64,000 nt of DNA from an uncultured Actinomycetes bacterium (GTDB lineage Bacteria; Actinomycetota; Thermoleophilia; Solirubrobacterales; Thermoleophilaceae), in contig CAVRBY010000001.1 of assembly GCA_963719375.1 (NCBI GenBank), forward strand, positions 186,322 to 250,321, read 5' to 3'. Under the pieces are notes generated by a model that had not been told where the DNA came from, searched no databases, and worked only from the letters and a program-made list of their open reading frames with translations. The position numbers and the translations under genes are program-made. Below are positions 1-9,570 of the stretch, one piece after another. Each line of letters opens with the position of its first letter. Within the stretch, counting starts at the first letter, position 1.

Positions 1-590
1 CGTCAAGCCTGAACAGCGTCCGGCACTTCATCCACGTGCTGCGCGAGCGTCTCGAGCCGGGGCGGGAGCGGCGCGCGCCCTCGTCGTTCATCGTCGCCCG
101 CAACGGGGGCTATGGCCTCGACCGCAAGCGGCTGCGCATCGACGCCGACGAGTTCGAGCGCGCCGCGCGCGCCGGCCTCGCCGCGGCCGGGGCCGGAGAG
201 TCCTCGGCGGCGGATCACCAGCTCGAGCTTGCGTGCGCGCTCTACACCGGCGAGTTCATCGCCGACGAGCCCTACGCCGACTGGGTGCTTCCGGAGCGCG
301 AGCGTCTGCACTCGGTGGCGAGCCGGGCCCTGCAGACGCTCAGCACGCTCAGAATCGCCGCCGCCGACTTCGACCGCGCGGCCGTCGCGGCACGCCGCCT
401 CGCCGAGCTGAACCCGCTCGACGAACGCGCCCAGCACGACGTGATCATGCTCCTGCTGCGAGAGGGTCGCCGCACCGAGGCGGCGAAGCGCTACGACGCG
501 CTCCGGATCAAGCTCCAGCAGCGCTTCGGCGACCAACCCGACTTCCAGCTCGCGGACGCGATGAGCGCCGCCCGCGCGCTGCGATCCTAG
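1..590 (+). CDS. SARP/AfsR-type transcriptional regulator, C-terminal part (end of winged helix plus BTAD domain); 5' end lies outside the window
   Basis: Frame 3 is open from base 3 (..LNSVRHFIHVLRERLEP..). BTAD-like helices follow (ELACALYTGEFIADEPYADWVLPERERL; HDVIMLLLREGRRTEAAKRYDALR). Stop at 588-590. Confidence 0.8.
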   Translation, partial: SSLNSVRHFIHVLRERLEPGRERRAPSSFIVARNGGYGLDRKRLRIDADEFERAARAGLAAAGAGESSAADHQLELACALYTGEFIADEPYADWVLPERERLHSVASRALQTLSTLRIAAADFDRAAVAARRLAELNPLDERAQHDVIMLLLREGRRTEAAKRYDALRIKLQQRFGDQPDFQLADAMSAARALRS

Positions 591-631
591 GCGTCTTGTA
601 ACGCCCCGCCCCCGCCGGGGTTCTAGGCGCC

Positions 632-1618
632 ATGCCGGCAGAAAGCGAGCTCGACCGCGCCGAGCGCCTCGCCGAGCGGGCGTTGCCCGCCCGCACGCCG
701 AAGCGGCGCATGCTCGTGATCGTCAACCCGTACGCGACGACGGTCTCCGACCGCTTGAAGAACCTCGTCGTCTACGCGCTCGAGAGCCGTTACGCGGTCG
801 AGGCGGTCAACACGCGCGAACGCGGCCACGCCACCGCGCTGTCGCGCCGGGCCGCCGAGCAGGGCTATGACGTGGTCGTCGCCTTCGGCGGCGACGGCAC
901 CGTGAACGAGGCCGCCAACGGTCTCGCCGGTCGCGAGACTCCCTGACCTGTCTCCCCGGCGGCAGCGCCAACGTCTTCTGCCGCACGCTCGGGATTCCCC
1001 GCGACGTGGTGGACGCCACCGAGCACCTGCTCTGGATGGCCGACAGCTTCGAGCCCCGGCGGGTCGACACGGGCTCGGTCAACGGACGCCGCTTCATCTT
1101 CGCCGCGGGCCTCGGCCTCGACGCGAGCGTCGTCGAGCGGGTCGACAGCCGGCCTCGGCTGAAGGCGCGCCTGCGCCACTGGTACTTCGCCTGGGCCGCG
1201 CTGGCCGCGCTACAACCGCCGCTACCTTCTCAACCCTCCGCGCATGCGCGTCGAGCTCGAGGGCCGCACGGTCGACGGAATCACGGTCGCGATCCAGAAC
1301 TCCGACCCGTACACGTTCTTCGGCTCGCGCCCGATCCGCGTCTGCAAGGGTGCCGGGCTCGAGACCGGGACGCTCGCGCTCGCGGTCCTAAGGCGTGCGA
1401 GCGCCCCATCGCTGCCGCTGCTCCTCCCGCGCATCCTCTCGTCGCGGCCCGGGTCGCTCGCACGCAGCCGCAACGTCGAGGCGCCCGAGCCGGGGGCTCG
1501 GTTCCGCGTCGTCGCGGAGGAGGCTCCGCTGCCGCTGCAGGTCGACGGCGACTACGTGGGGGAGGTCGAGGAGGCGCGCTTCGAGGCACATCCGCGCTCC
1601 CTCTGCGTGGTGCGGTGA
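632..1618 (+). pseudogene. Diacylglycerol-kinase-family lipid kinase, split over three frames (two frame disruptions)
   Basis: DAGK motif VVAFGGDGTVNEAANGL (frame 2) runs into TGA at 944-946. The continuation LTCLPGGSANVFCRTLGIPRDVVDATEHLL is in frame 1 from 943. The C-terminal part (RYNRRYLLNPPRMRVELEG...LQVDGDYVGE) returns to frame 2 near 1200. Confidence 0.75.
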
Positions 1619-1668
1619 GCTTCCCCCGTCCGCCGACCACCTAAGCTTCCCTCTCGGAGCGGCACGGT

Positions 1669-2334
1669 ATGGAAACCTCGGCAAGCGCCAGCGAAGAAGA
1701 ACCGAGCGTCCTGCTTGTCGACGACCATCGCTTCTTCCGCAGCGGCCTTCGCGAGATGCTCGCCGAGCAGGGGCTGCGCATTGCCGGCGAGGCCGCGAGC
1801 GGCGACGAGGCGGTCGAGCTCGCCGAGCTGCTCGCCCCCGACGTCGTCCTCATGGACCTCAACATGCCTGGCATCTCCGGCGTCGAGGCGACACGCCGGC
1901 TCGCGGCGCGAGCGCCGCGAGTGCGGGTCGTGATGCTGACGATCTCCGCCGATGACGCCGATGTCGTCGAGGCCCTGATGGCCGGCGCATGCGGCTACCT
2001 GCTGAAGGACTCCTCGGTCGACGAGCTCGTTGGCGGCGTGCGGGCCGCGGCGAGGGGGGAGTCGTCGCTGTCGCCGCGCGTCGCCACGCGCCTGCTAGCG
2101 CACATCCGCGATGGCGGGGCCGCCAGAGAGGACACGGTCCGCACGGACCTCAGCGAGCGCGAGCTCGAGGTGCTCAGGCTGCTCACCGAGGGAAAGGCGA
2201 ACGCGGAGATCGCCACTGCGCTCTACATCAGTCCGAAGACCGTCAAGAACCACATCGCGAGCATCCTCCTCAAGCTGCAGATGGAGAATCGCATCCAGGC
2301 CGCCGTTTACGCCGTGCGAAGCGGCATCATCTGA
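1669..2334 (+). CDS. NarL/LuxR-family response regulator
   Basis: Receiver domain (VLLVDDH..DVVLMDLNMPG..GYLLKD) plus a GerE-type HTH (LSERELEVLRLLTEGKANAEIATALYISPKTVKNHI). Confidence 0.93.
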   Translation: METSASASEEEPSVLLVDDHRFFRSGLREMLAEQGLRIAGEAASGDEAVELAELLAPDVVLMDLNMPGISGVEATRRLAARAPRVRVVMLTISADDADVVEALMAGACGYLLKDSSVDELVGGVRAAARGESSLSPRVATRLLAHIRDGGAAREDTVRTDLSERELEVLRLLTEGKANAEIATALYISPKTVKNHIASILLKLQMENRIQAAVYAVRSGII

Positions 2335-2351
2335 CCCGCTTGACAGCACGA

Positions 2352-3734
2352 GTGCACAGGTACGCGATCGCGGCCGCCGCGGCGGCCGTGATCGTCGCGC
2401 TCGGCCTCAGCCTGAGTCCCGCACTCGAGGTCGGCTTCGAGAACCTCGCCACCCATGTCGCGGTCGACACGGGCGCCGCCACGGTCGCCACTTTGCTCGG
2501 ATACATCCTCGTCGGCCGCTTTCGCCGTCGCGGCCGCCTCGGCGACCTGCTGCTCGTCGGTGCGCTCCTGCTGACGGCGATTTCCGACCTCGGCTTCGGA
2601 GCGATCCCGGCCGCCGCGCAGACCCCGAGCCGGTTTGCCGCGTGGGCCTCGAGCGCGGCGTTCCTGCTCGCCGCGGCCGCCTTCGCGGCCGCCTCTCTCG
2701 CCGGCACGCGGACGATCCGCCGCCGGCGGCAGCCATTCGCCTTGCTCGTCGGGGTCTCGCTCGCGACGGCGGGCCTGATCGCGCTCGCGGCCGCGCTGCT
2801 CGGACCGCACCTGCCGCACGCGGTCGACCCCTTCCTCTCGCCGGGCGGCCGCTCCTCGCGCCTCGCCGGCAGCCTGCCCCTCCGGACCCTGCTGCTCACC
2901 GGCGCGGTGCTCTACGCGCTGGCCGCGGCCGGCTTCGCGCGCCGCGCGCTCGCCGAGCGCGACGAGCTCGTCGCCTGGCTCTCGCTCGTCTCGGTGCTCG
3001 CCGCCGGCGCCGGCCTCAACTACTTCATCTTCCCCTCGCTGTTCTCGCGCTGGGTCTACCTCGGCGACTACCTGACCGTGGCCGCGTATCTCTGCCTCCT
3101 GCTCGGGGCGGCCCGGGAGCTCGCCGCCTACCAGCGCGGCCTGGCCACGGCCGCCGTGCTCGAGGAGCGCCGCCGGCTCGCCCGCGAACTGCACGACGGG
3201 CTCGCCCAGGAGCTCGCGTTCATCTCCACTCAGTCTCGGCGCCTGCTGCGCGGCGGGCGCTTCCAGGAGCGCAACCTCGAGCAGCTCGCCCTCGCCGCCG
3301 AGCGCGCCCTCGATGAGTCGCGCAGCGCGATCGCGGCGCTCAGCCGGAGGCTCGACGAGCCGCTCGAGGTGGCCGTCGCCCAGGCCGCCGAGGACGTCGC
3401 GGAGCGCGTCGGGATCAGCGTGCGCTTCGACCTCGCCTCGGGCATCGAGGTGCCGGTGGCCACGCGCGAAGCGCTGCTTCGGATCGTGCGCGAGGCCGTC
3501 AGCAACACGGCCCGGCACGGCCACGCGAGCCACGTGACGGTGGCGCTCTGGGACGGTGACAACGTGCGGCTGCGAATCGCCGACGACGGGGTCGGCTTTG
3601 ACGTCGACGCGCCCCGCACCGGCGTAGGCTTCGGGCTTGTCAGCATGCGCGAGCGCGCTCAGGCGCTCGGCGCCGATCTATCCGTGCAGTCTCGTCCAGG
3701 AGAGGGAACCAGAATCGAGGTGGTGATTCCATAG
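2352..3734 (+). CDS. Membrane sensor histidine kinase (HisKA_3 type), partner of the flanking LuxR regulators
   Basis: Several hydrophobic helices, an H-box (ERRRLARELHDGLAQELAFI) and an ATPase G-box region (GVGFGLVSMRERAQALGADLSV). Start is TTG 2340 or GTG 2352, just after the upstream stop. The earlier part of the 1989 ORF overlaps the regulator gene. Confidence 0.88.
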   Translation: MHRYAIAAAAAAVIVALGLSLSPALEVGFENLATHVAVDTGAATVATLLGYILVGRFRRRGRLGDLLLVGALLLTAISDLGFGAIPAAAQTPSRFAAWASSAAFLLAAAAFAAASLAGTRTIRRRRQPFALLVGVSLATAGLIALAAALLGPHLPHAVDPFLSPGGRSSRLAGSLPLRTLLLTGAVLYALAAAGFARRALAERDELVAWLSLVSVLAAGAGLNYFIFPSLFSRWVYLGDYLTVAAYLCLLLGAARELAAYQRGLATAAVLEERRRLARELHDGLAQELAFISTQSRRLLRGGRFQERNLEQLALAAERALDESRSAIAALSRRLDEPLEVAVAQAAEDVAERVGISVRFDLASGIEVPVATREALLRIVREAVSNTARHGHASHVTVALWDGDNVRLRIADDGVGFDVDAPRTGVGFGLVSMRERAQALGADLSVQSRPGEGTRIEVVIP

Positions 3735-3757
3735 ACGCGGAGTCCGCCGGCGGCGGT

Positions 3758-4390
3758 GTCCGCGTCCTGCTCGCCGACGATCACCCGCCCACCCGCGCCG
3801 GGGTTCGCAGCGCGCTCACTGACACGGGCTTCGACGTCGTCGCCGACGTCGGCAGCGCCGAGGCGGCGGTCGAGACCGCCCTTCGCGAGCGCCCCGATGT
3901 CTGCCTGCTCGACATCAACATGCCCGGGAACGGCATCGTTGCCGCGGCGGAGATCGCCTCCCGCCTGCCGGAGACGGCGATCGTGATGCTGACCGTCTCG
4001 CGCGATGACAGCGACCTGTTCGACGCGCTGCGCGCCGGCGCTTCCGGCTACCTGCTGAAGGACACCGATCCCTCCCGTCTCGCCCATGCGCTGCGTGGAG
4101 TCCTCGACGGCGAGGCGGCACTGCCGCGAACGCTCGTCGCACGCGTGATCGACGAGTTTCGCGCTCGCGGACGCCGGCGCCGGCTGACGTTCGCGAAGAG
4201 CCGCGGGGTCGAGCTGACCGAGCGCGAATGGGAGGTGCTCGAGCTGCTCCACCAGAAGCTCTCGACCGCCGAGATAGCCGAGCGGCTGATGGTCTCCCAG
4301 GTGACCGTCCGCACCCACATCGCTGCGATCCTGCGCAAGCTGCGGGTACCTGACCGCGCCGCCGCGATGAAGCTGCTCGACGAGCGCTGA
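3758..4390 (+). CDS. Second NarL/LuxR-family response regulator; start codon unresolved
   Basis: Receiver (VRVLLADDHPP..VCLLDINMPG..GYLLKD) plus LuxR HTH (LTEREWEVLELLHQKLSTAEIAERLMVSQVTVRTHI). The frame opens at 3602 but has no ATG/GTG/TTG before 3920. GTG 3756 sits out of frame immediately 5' of the receiver. Confidence 0.8.
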   Translation, partial: VRVLLADDHPPTRAGVRSALTDTGFDVVADVGSAEAAVETALRERPDVCLLDINMPGNGIVAAAEIASRLPETAIVMLTVSRDDSDLFDALRAGASGYLLKDTDPSRLAHALRGVLDGEAALPRTLVARVIDEFRARGRRRRLTFAKSRGVELTEREWEVLELLHQKLSTAEIAERLMVSQVTVRTHIAAILRKLRVPDRAAAMKLLDER

Positions 4391-4464
4391 TACGGTCTCG
4401 GGTCGCGCCGGGCTGAGGCTCGTTCACGCCCGACGCGCAGGGACAGTCGACACGGGAAGGATCC

Positions 4465-5457
4465 ATCATCGACACCGACCGCGTTCTCCCGCGGCCGCGC
4501 CGTACCGGACCAGGGCGTCTACTCGTCGCCGCGATCGTCATCGCCACCCTCGCGCTCGGCACCCCCGTGGCGCATGGAGGAACGCCGGCGCTGTCGCCCT
4601 CATCTGGCCGGATCGTGCTCGGCGTCACCTTCCGAAACGGCGTCACCCGCGCCGACGTCGCGAGCTATTCCTCGATCGTCGGGATGCGTCCGGCGCTGCT
4701 CGCGACCGACCAGGACTGGTCCGGACCGCTCTACTGGCAGAGCCAGAAGGCGGTCATCAAGCGGGCGGGGGCGATACCGGAGATCACATGGGACCCCAGC
4801 CGAGGCGGACGGGGCGTGTCGCTGCGGGCGATCGCCGACGGCCGTTACGACTCCTACCTGCGCCGGGCGGCACGCGCCGCGCGGGCCTGGCACGGCCCGC
4901 TCTACATCCGCTTCGCCCACGAGATGAACCTTCCGGGCTCGTCCTTTGGGCCCGGACGGCGCGGCATGGGGCCGGCTGCGTTCGTCGCGGCGTGGCGTCA
5001 CGTCGTCTCGGTCTTCCGCCGCGCCCGCGCCTCGAACGTCCAGTGGATCTGGAGCCCGAACGTCTATTGCTTCGGACACTGTCCGTTCACGGCCTACTAC
5101 CCCGGCGACAGCTGGGTCGACTGGGTGGGCCTCGACGGCTACAACTACGCCCGCGTCCACCACGTCCGCTGGCTCAGCGTGCCGCAGCTCTTCGGAGCGT
5201 CGTACGCGCTGCTCGAGCGGCTTACCTCGAAGCCCGTGATCATCGCCGAGACGGCGTCGGTCGAGCAGGGCGGGAGCAAGGCGCGCTGGATCACCCAGGG
5301 GCTCCTGAGCGACGTCCCGCGCCTCTTCCCGCGCGTTCGCGCGGTCGTCTGGTGGCAGCGCCGGACCCGAGTCGACGGCGACCTGCGCATCAACTCCTCC
5401 CGCTCAGCCGCGGCCGCTTTTCGCGCGGTCGCGCACTCGGCGCCCTATATGCCGTAG
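4465..5457 (+). CDS. Secreted glycoside hydrolase, GH26-like (mannanase family); start codon unresolved
   Basis: GH26-like motifs (IRFAHEMN, WVGLDGYN, IIAETAS). Signal-peptide-like LLVAAIVIATLALGTPVAHG is encoded 5' of the first canonical start (GTG 4567). GGGAAGGA at 4454-4461 is followed by ATC ATC at 4465-4470. Confidence 0.7.
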   Translation: MIDTDRVLPRPRRTGPGRLLVAAIVIATLALGTPVAHGGTPALSPSSGRIVLGVTFRNGVTRADVASYSSIVGMRPALLATDQDWSGPLYWQSQKAVIKRAGAIPEITWDPSRGGRGVSLRAIADGRYDSYLRRAARAARAWHGPLYIRFAHEMNLPGSSFGPGRRGMGPAAFVAAWRHVVSVFRRARASNVQWIWSPNVYCFGHCPFTAYYPGDSWVDWVGLDGYNYARVHHVRWLSVPQLFGASYALLERLTSKPVIIAETASVEQGGSKARWITQGLLSDVPRLFPRVRAVVWWQRRTRVDGDLRINSSRSAAAAFRAVAHSAPYMP

Positions 5458-5535
5458 CAGCCGGAGACGCCGCCGGGGCAGGTACGCTCTGAGCTGGATG
5501 GCGCTGAACCACAGGCCTATGGAGCGGGCCCGGCG

Positions 5536-6930
5536 ATGAGACTGCTGAAGCCGCGTGCCTCGGCTCATCCTGACCATCAGGGCACAGCGGGGCGGAGTCT
5601 CAGTGTCGAAGCCTTCGAGTACCTGTCGGCCGGCGAAGGGGCGGCGCTCGCGCGCCTGTCAGGGCGTCGCGAGCCTTCCGCGAGGTATCCGCGTTTGGCC
5701 CTGCTCGTCGAGCACGCCGGCGCCGAGGAGCGCGTCGATGCGCTCCCGAGCGCCCCGGGCCAGGATCCCGCGGACGTGTGGCGGGCCGGGTTCCCGCTCG
5801 CCGAGTCCCTAGTGCGTGACCCGGAGGTGGGCTTCACGCTGCTCGTCGACGGCGAGGAGCGGATCTCGCTGCCCCTGCCGGTCTCGCATGCGGCTGCTGA
5901 GGCCCCCGAGCTCGACGATGAGCGAGAGGAGGGTGAGAACGACAGGGCTCGGCTGCTCCGCCAGCTGAAGGCGTCGCAGTGGGCACGCGACGGACTCGTC
6001 AACCAGCTCACCGACGAGCGCGAGGCGCGCAACGGCGCTGAGCTGCAGCTGTGGGCGCTCCGGCGCAGGGAGGCACAGCTCAAGGAGGAGCTCGACGCCG
6101 CGAGGGAGCAGAGCGCGGCGCTCGAGCATGACCACGGCGAGCGCCAGGAGCTCGAGGCACAGCTCGCCGCCCTGCAGGCGATCCGGCGCTCCGATGAGAC
6201 GGAGCTTGCCGACCATCGGCGCAAGGTCGCTTCGCTGCGGGAAGAGCTCGCAGAGATGGGCCAGAGACTGGCCGAGCTCGAGGCGCGGCTACAGCGGACC
6301 GGCGGGAGCTCCTTCGCTCTCGAGGAGCAGCTTCAGGAGGACAACGAGGCCCGCGGCGAGGCCGAGCAACGGCTAGGTGTCGCCGAGCAGCAGCTCCACA
6401 ACTTGCGCGCGGAGCTCGTCGAGGCACGCCGGGCGGCGGAGGAGGCGGAGCGCCGGGCGGAGGACGCGGAGCAGCGCCTGCGGGAAATCGAGCGCCGTGC
6501 CGACGCGGGCGACGAGCTCGAAGAGGCCGCCGGAGGCGAGCTGGACCGGGGTGCCCCGGTCGTTGCGTTCCCGGCGGCGGGTCCGTGCTCGGAGTGCGAG
6601 GCGAGCGGCGTATGCCCGCGCTGCGAGGGAACGGGCCGCCGGCTCGCGAGACCCTGCCGCGGCTGCGGCGGGACCGGCCGCTGCCCGATGTGCGGGGGGA
6701 CCGGGATGCTGCAGCCTGGAGCACAGCCGAGGCAGGCGCCGCGCGTCCACAACGAGGATCTCGATGCGGCGCGGACGATCGCGATCGAGATGGCGATCAA
6801 CGAGAACTCCCGCGATGAGATCGAGCGTTACATTCGTCAGAACTTCGACGTCCTCGACGCGCTTCTCGACGAGGTGTACTCGACGCTCGAGGCTGGGCCT
6901 CCCGCGAGCGCGGCTCCTCGGGACGGCTGA
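5536..6930 (+). CDS. Hypothetical long coiled-coil protein with a DnaJ-type cysteine-rich zinc-finger module
   Basis: About 200 residues of E/R/L/A-rich heptad-like sequence, then four CxxCxGxG motifs (CSECEASG, CPRCEGTG, CRGCGGTG, CPMCGGTG). ATG 5536 lies 11 nt after GGAG. Confidence 0.6.
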   Translation: MRLLKPRASAHPDHQGTAGRSLSVEAFEYLSAGEGAALARLSGRREPSARYPRLALLVEHAGAEERVDALPSAPGQDPADVWRAGFPLAESLVRDPEVGFTLLVDGEERISLPLPVSHAAAEAPELDDEREEGENDRARLLRQLKASQWARDGLVNQLTDEREARNGAELQLWALRRREAQLKEELDAAREQSAALEHDHGERQELEAQLAALQAIRRSDETELADHRRKVASLREELAEMGQRLAELEARLQRTGGSSFALEEQLQEDNEARGEAEQRLGVAEQQLHNLRAELVEARRAAEEAERRAEDAEQRLREIERRADAGDELEEAAGGELDRGAPVVAFPAAGPCSECEASGVCPRCEGTGRRLARPCRGCGGTGRCPMCGGTGMLQPGAQPRQAPRVHNEDLDAARTIAIEMAINENSRDEIERYIRQNFDVLDALLDEVYSTLEAGPPASAAPRDG

Positions 6931-7101
6931 GCGCCGCTTCGTCCGCTTTGGGTGCGGCACCGCGGCACGCCGCAGGCCGGATCGCGAACCGCCGTCTCAG
7001 TTACCGGGCGCCGGGTCGCCTTCCGCTGCCGATTGACCGTGCATACGGAGCACGTGCCGCGAACGTCACTCCCGCCGCTGTGAATCCCCGCGCTCGCACA
7101 G

Positions 7102-7130
7102 AGCGTCGCCGGTCTCCGACCGGCGACGCT
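7102..7130. terminator. Candidate bidirectional terminator hairpin between convergent genes
   Basis: Perfect 11-bp stem AGCGTCGCCGG/CCGGCGACGCT with a 7-nt loop. The 3' arm overlaps the relA stop codon by 2 nt. No clear U-tract. Confidence 0.4.
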
Positions 7131-9498
7131 AGGACGTCGGTGTGACCCGGTAGGCGTCGAAGACCGAGTCGATGTTGCGCAGGCGCTGGATGCACGCCTT
7201 GAGTGCCTGGGTGTCACCGACCTCGACGACGAAGCGGTTCTTGACCATCGGGTGGACTACCGTGCAGCGCGCCTCGAGGATGTTGACGCCGCTCTCGGCG
7301 AAGGTGCGCGAGAGGTCCTCGAGCAGGCGGTGGCGGTCCCAGCCGTCGACCTGGAGCTCGACGCGGAACGACTGCGCGCCGTCGCCTTCCCAGGCGACCT
7401 TCGTGAAGCGCTCCGGGTTCTTCATCAGCGCGCGCGCGTTCGGGCAGTCCTCGCGGTGGATCGTGATCCCCTTGCCAAGCGAGATGTAGCCGACGATCCC
7501 GTCGCCAGGGACGGGTCGGCAGCACTTCGCGAGACGGAGCATCACGTCGTCGATCCCCTGGACCTGGATCCCGTAGCTCGAGGACGCGGCGGTCGGCTTC
7601 TGGATCTCCTTCTTGCGGCCCGCGAGCAGGTCCTCGGCCGCCCCCTGGGGCTCGACGGCGGCCTCGCCCTGCTTGAGTCGCTGGAGAACCTTGTTCGTGA
7701 CGACCGTGGCGGAGATCTTCGCCTGACCCAGAGCGACGTAGAAGTCCTCGCCCTTGCGAAAGCCCATCTCGCGGATGACGTCGGCGAGCAGCGGCGAGCC
7801 GGTGATCTTCTGCGCTGGGAGTCCCTGGCGCTTCAGGTTCTCCTGGAGGATGTCGCGCCCGGTCCGCTCGGAGTCCTCGCGCCGCTCGCGCTTGAACCAG
7901 GCGCGGATCTTCGACTGGGCGCGCGCGGTCTTCGCGAGCGCGAGCCAGTCACGCGACGGGCCGCGCTCCTTCTTCGAGGTCAGAACCTCGCATATGTCGC
8001 CCGACTTGAGCTCGTAGTGGAGGGGGACGATCTTGCCGTTGACCTTGGCGCCGACACAGCGGTGGCCGACGTCGGTGTGGATCTCGTAGGCGAAGTCGAG
8101 CGGCGTCGCGCCCGCGGCGAGCGACTTGACCTCGCCCTTCGGCGTGAAGACGAACACCTCGTCCTCGAAAAGGTCGACCTTCAACCCTTCGACGAACTCC
8201 TGCGGGTCCTTCAGCTCCTTCTGCCAGTCGAGCAGCGACTCGAGCCACTCGACGCGCTCCTTGCTCTGGGCGCCGGCGCCGTCCTCCCCATAGCCGCCGA
8301 CCTTGTACATCCAGTGGGCGGCGATGCCGTACTCCGCCGTCTCGTGCATCTCGTGCGTCCGGATCTGGATCTCGAGCGGACGCCCCTCGGGCCCGATCAC
8401 CGTCGTGTGCAGAGCCTGGTACATGTTGAACTTGGGCATCGCGATCATGTCCTTGAAGCGACCGGGCAGCGGCTTCCAGAGCGAGTGAATGACGCCGATC
8501 GCGCCGTAGCAGTCCTTGACCGAGTCGACGATCACGCGCATCGCGGTGAGGTCGTAGATCTCGTTGAACTCGCGACCCTTCTTGGTCATCTTCGAGTAGA
8601 TCGAATAGAAGTGCTTGGCGCGCCCGGAGATCTGCGCCTCGATGCCGACCGCCTCGAGCTCCTTGGCCAGGTAGATGCCGGCGCGCTCGACGTAGCGCTC
8701 GCGCTCGTCGCGCTGCTGGCTGACGAGTCCCTTGATCTCCTTGAACTTGCGCGGGTGGAGCGTCGCGAAAGCCAGGTCCTCGAGCTCCCACTTGATCGCG
8801 TGGATGCCGAGCCTGTGCGCGAGCGGCGCGAAGATCTCGAGCGTCTCCTTCGCCTTGTCCTGCTGCTTCTGCTTCGGCATCGCGCCGAGCGTGCGCATGT
8901 TGTGGAGGCGATCCGCGAGCTTGATCAGCACGACGCGGATGTCGGACGCCATCGCCACGATCATCTTGCGGTAGTTCTCGGCCTGACGGTCGTCTCGACT
9001 CTGGAAGGTGATGCCGGTCAGCTTCGTCACCCCGTCGACGAGCGTCGCGACCTCGTCGCCGAAGACCTCGCGAACCTCGTCGAGCGACGCGGTCGTGTCC
9101 TCCACGGTGTCGTGCAGCAGCGCGGCGCACAGCGTCGCCGTGTCGAGCCGCATTCCCGCGCAGATCTTCGCCACTCCGACCGGGTGGACGATGAACCCCT
9201 CCCCGGACTGCCGTCGCTGGTCGGCGTGGCGCTCGCACGCGAACTCGAAGGCGCGCTCGACGAGCTGCCGATCCACGTCCGTGGGAGCACCGCCCGAGTG
9301 CTCCTCGATCACTGCATAGAGATCGTCGAGGAGCTTGCGCTCGAACGCGTTGAGTTGGATCGTCGCTGCCGAGGAGCCCTCCGCCACGGCCGTCGGGGCG
9401 TCGGCGGCGCCGTTCGAAGTGCCGCCTGATGCGCCCTTCGTCGCGCGGCCACGGGTCCTGCTACGGCCCCCGGCAGTCGATCGCTGGAGCTTCGCCAC
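7129..9498 (-). CDS. relA: Bifunctional (p)ppGpp synthetase/hydrolase RelA/SpoT homologue
   Basis: Uninterrupted 789 aa. HD hydrolase region (HPVGVA..LLHDTVEDT), RelA_SpoT synthetase region (YSIYSKM..HTTVIGPEGRPLEIQIRT), and TGS and ACT-like C-terminal regions. Confidence 0.97.
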   Translation of the reverse strand: MAKLQRSTAGGRSRTRGRATKGASGGTSNGAADAPTAVAEGSSAATIQLNAFERKLLDDLYAVIEEHSGGAPTDVDRQLVERAFEFACERHADQRRQSGEGFIVHPVGVAKICAGMRLDTATLCAALLHDTVEDTTASLDEVREVFGDEVATLVDGVTKLTGITFQSRDDRQAENYRKMIVAMASDIRVVLIKLADRLHNMRTLGAMPKQKQQDKAKETLEIFAPLAHRLGIHAIKWELEDLAFATLHPRKFKEIKGLVSQQRDERERYVERAGIYLAKELEAVGIEAQISGRAKHFYSIYSKMTKKGREFNEIYDLTAMRVIVDSVKDCYGAIGVIHSLWKPLPGRFKDMIAMPKFNMYQALHTTVIGPEGRPLEIQIRTHEMHETAEYGIAAHWMYKVGGYGEDGAGAQSKERVEWLESLLDWQKELKDPQEFVEGLKVDLFEDEVFVFTPKGEVKSLAAGATPLDFAYEIHTDVGHRCVGAKVNGKIVPLHYELKSGDICEVLTSKKERGPSRDWLALAKTARAQSKIRAWFKRERREDSERTGRDILQENLKRQGLPAQKITGSPLLADVIREMGFRKGEDFYVALGQAKISATVVTNKVLQRLKQGEAAVEPQGAAEDLLAGRKKEIQKPTAASSSYGIQVQGIDDVMLRLAKCCRPVPGDGIVGYISLGKGITIHREDCPNARALMKNPERFTKVAWEGDGAQSFRVELQVDGWDRHRLLEDLSRTFAESGVNILEARCTVVHPMVKNRFVVEVGDTQALKACIQRLRNIDSVFDAYRVTPTS

Positions 9499-9570
9499 GA
9501 CTCCAGTCTAGAGGCGCGTGCGCCGTCCGGCGCGTGGTGCGCGACCGCTTGCGCCCCGGTGTCAACTCCG

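Noticed and set aside
7252-9429. A 725-aa plus-strand ORF opposite relA, with similar long antisense or overlapping ORFs at 10753-11886, 13390-15186, 25164-26249, 46262-47710 and 58357-59523.
   Set aside because: They show no recognisable motifs and have extreme Arg/Asp/Leu/Gly composition. Each is a mirror frame of a strongly supported gene.
9515-9550. The direct repeat GGCGCGTG..GGCGCGTG between the relA start and the recJ stop, as a possible regulatory site.
   Set aside because: An 8-mer of this composition is expected by chance in such GC-rich sequence, and there is no supporting structure.
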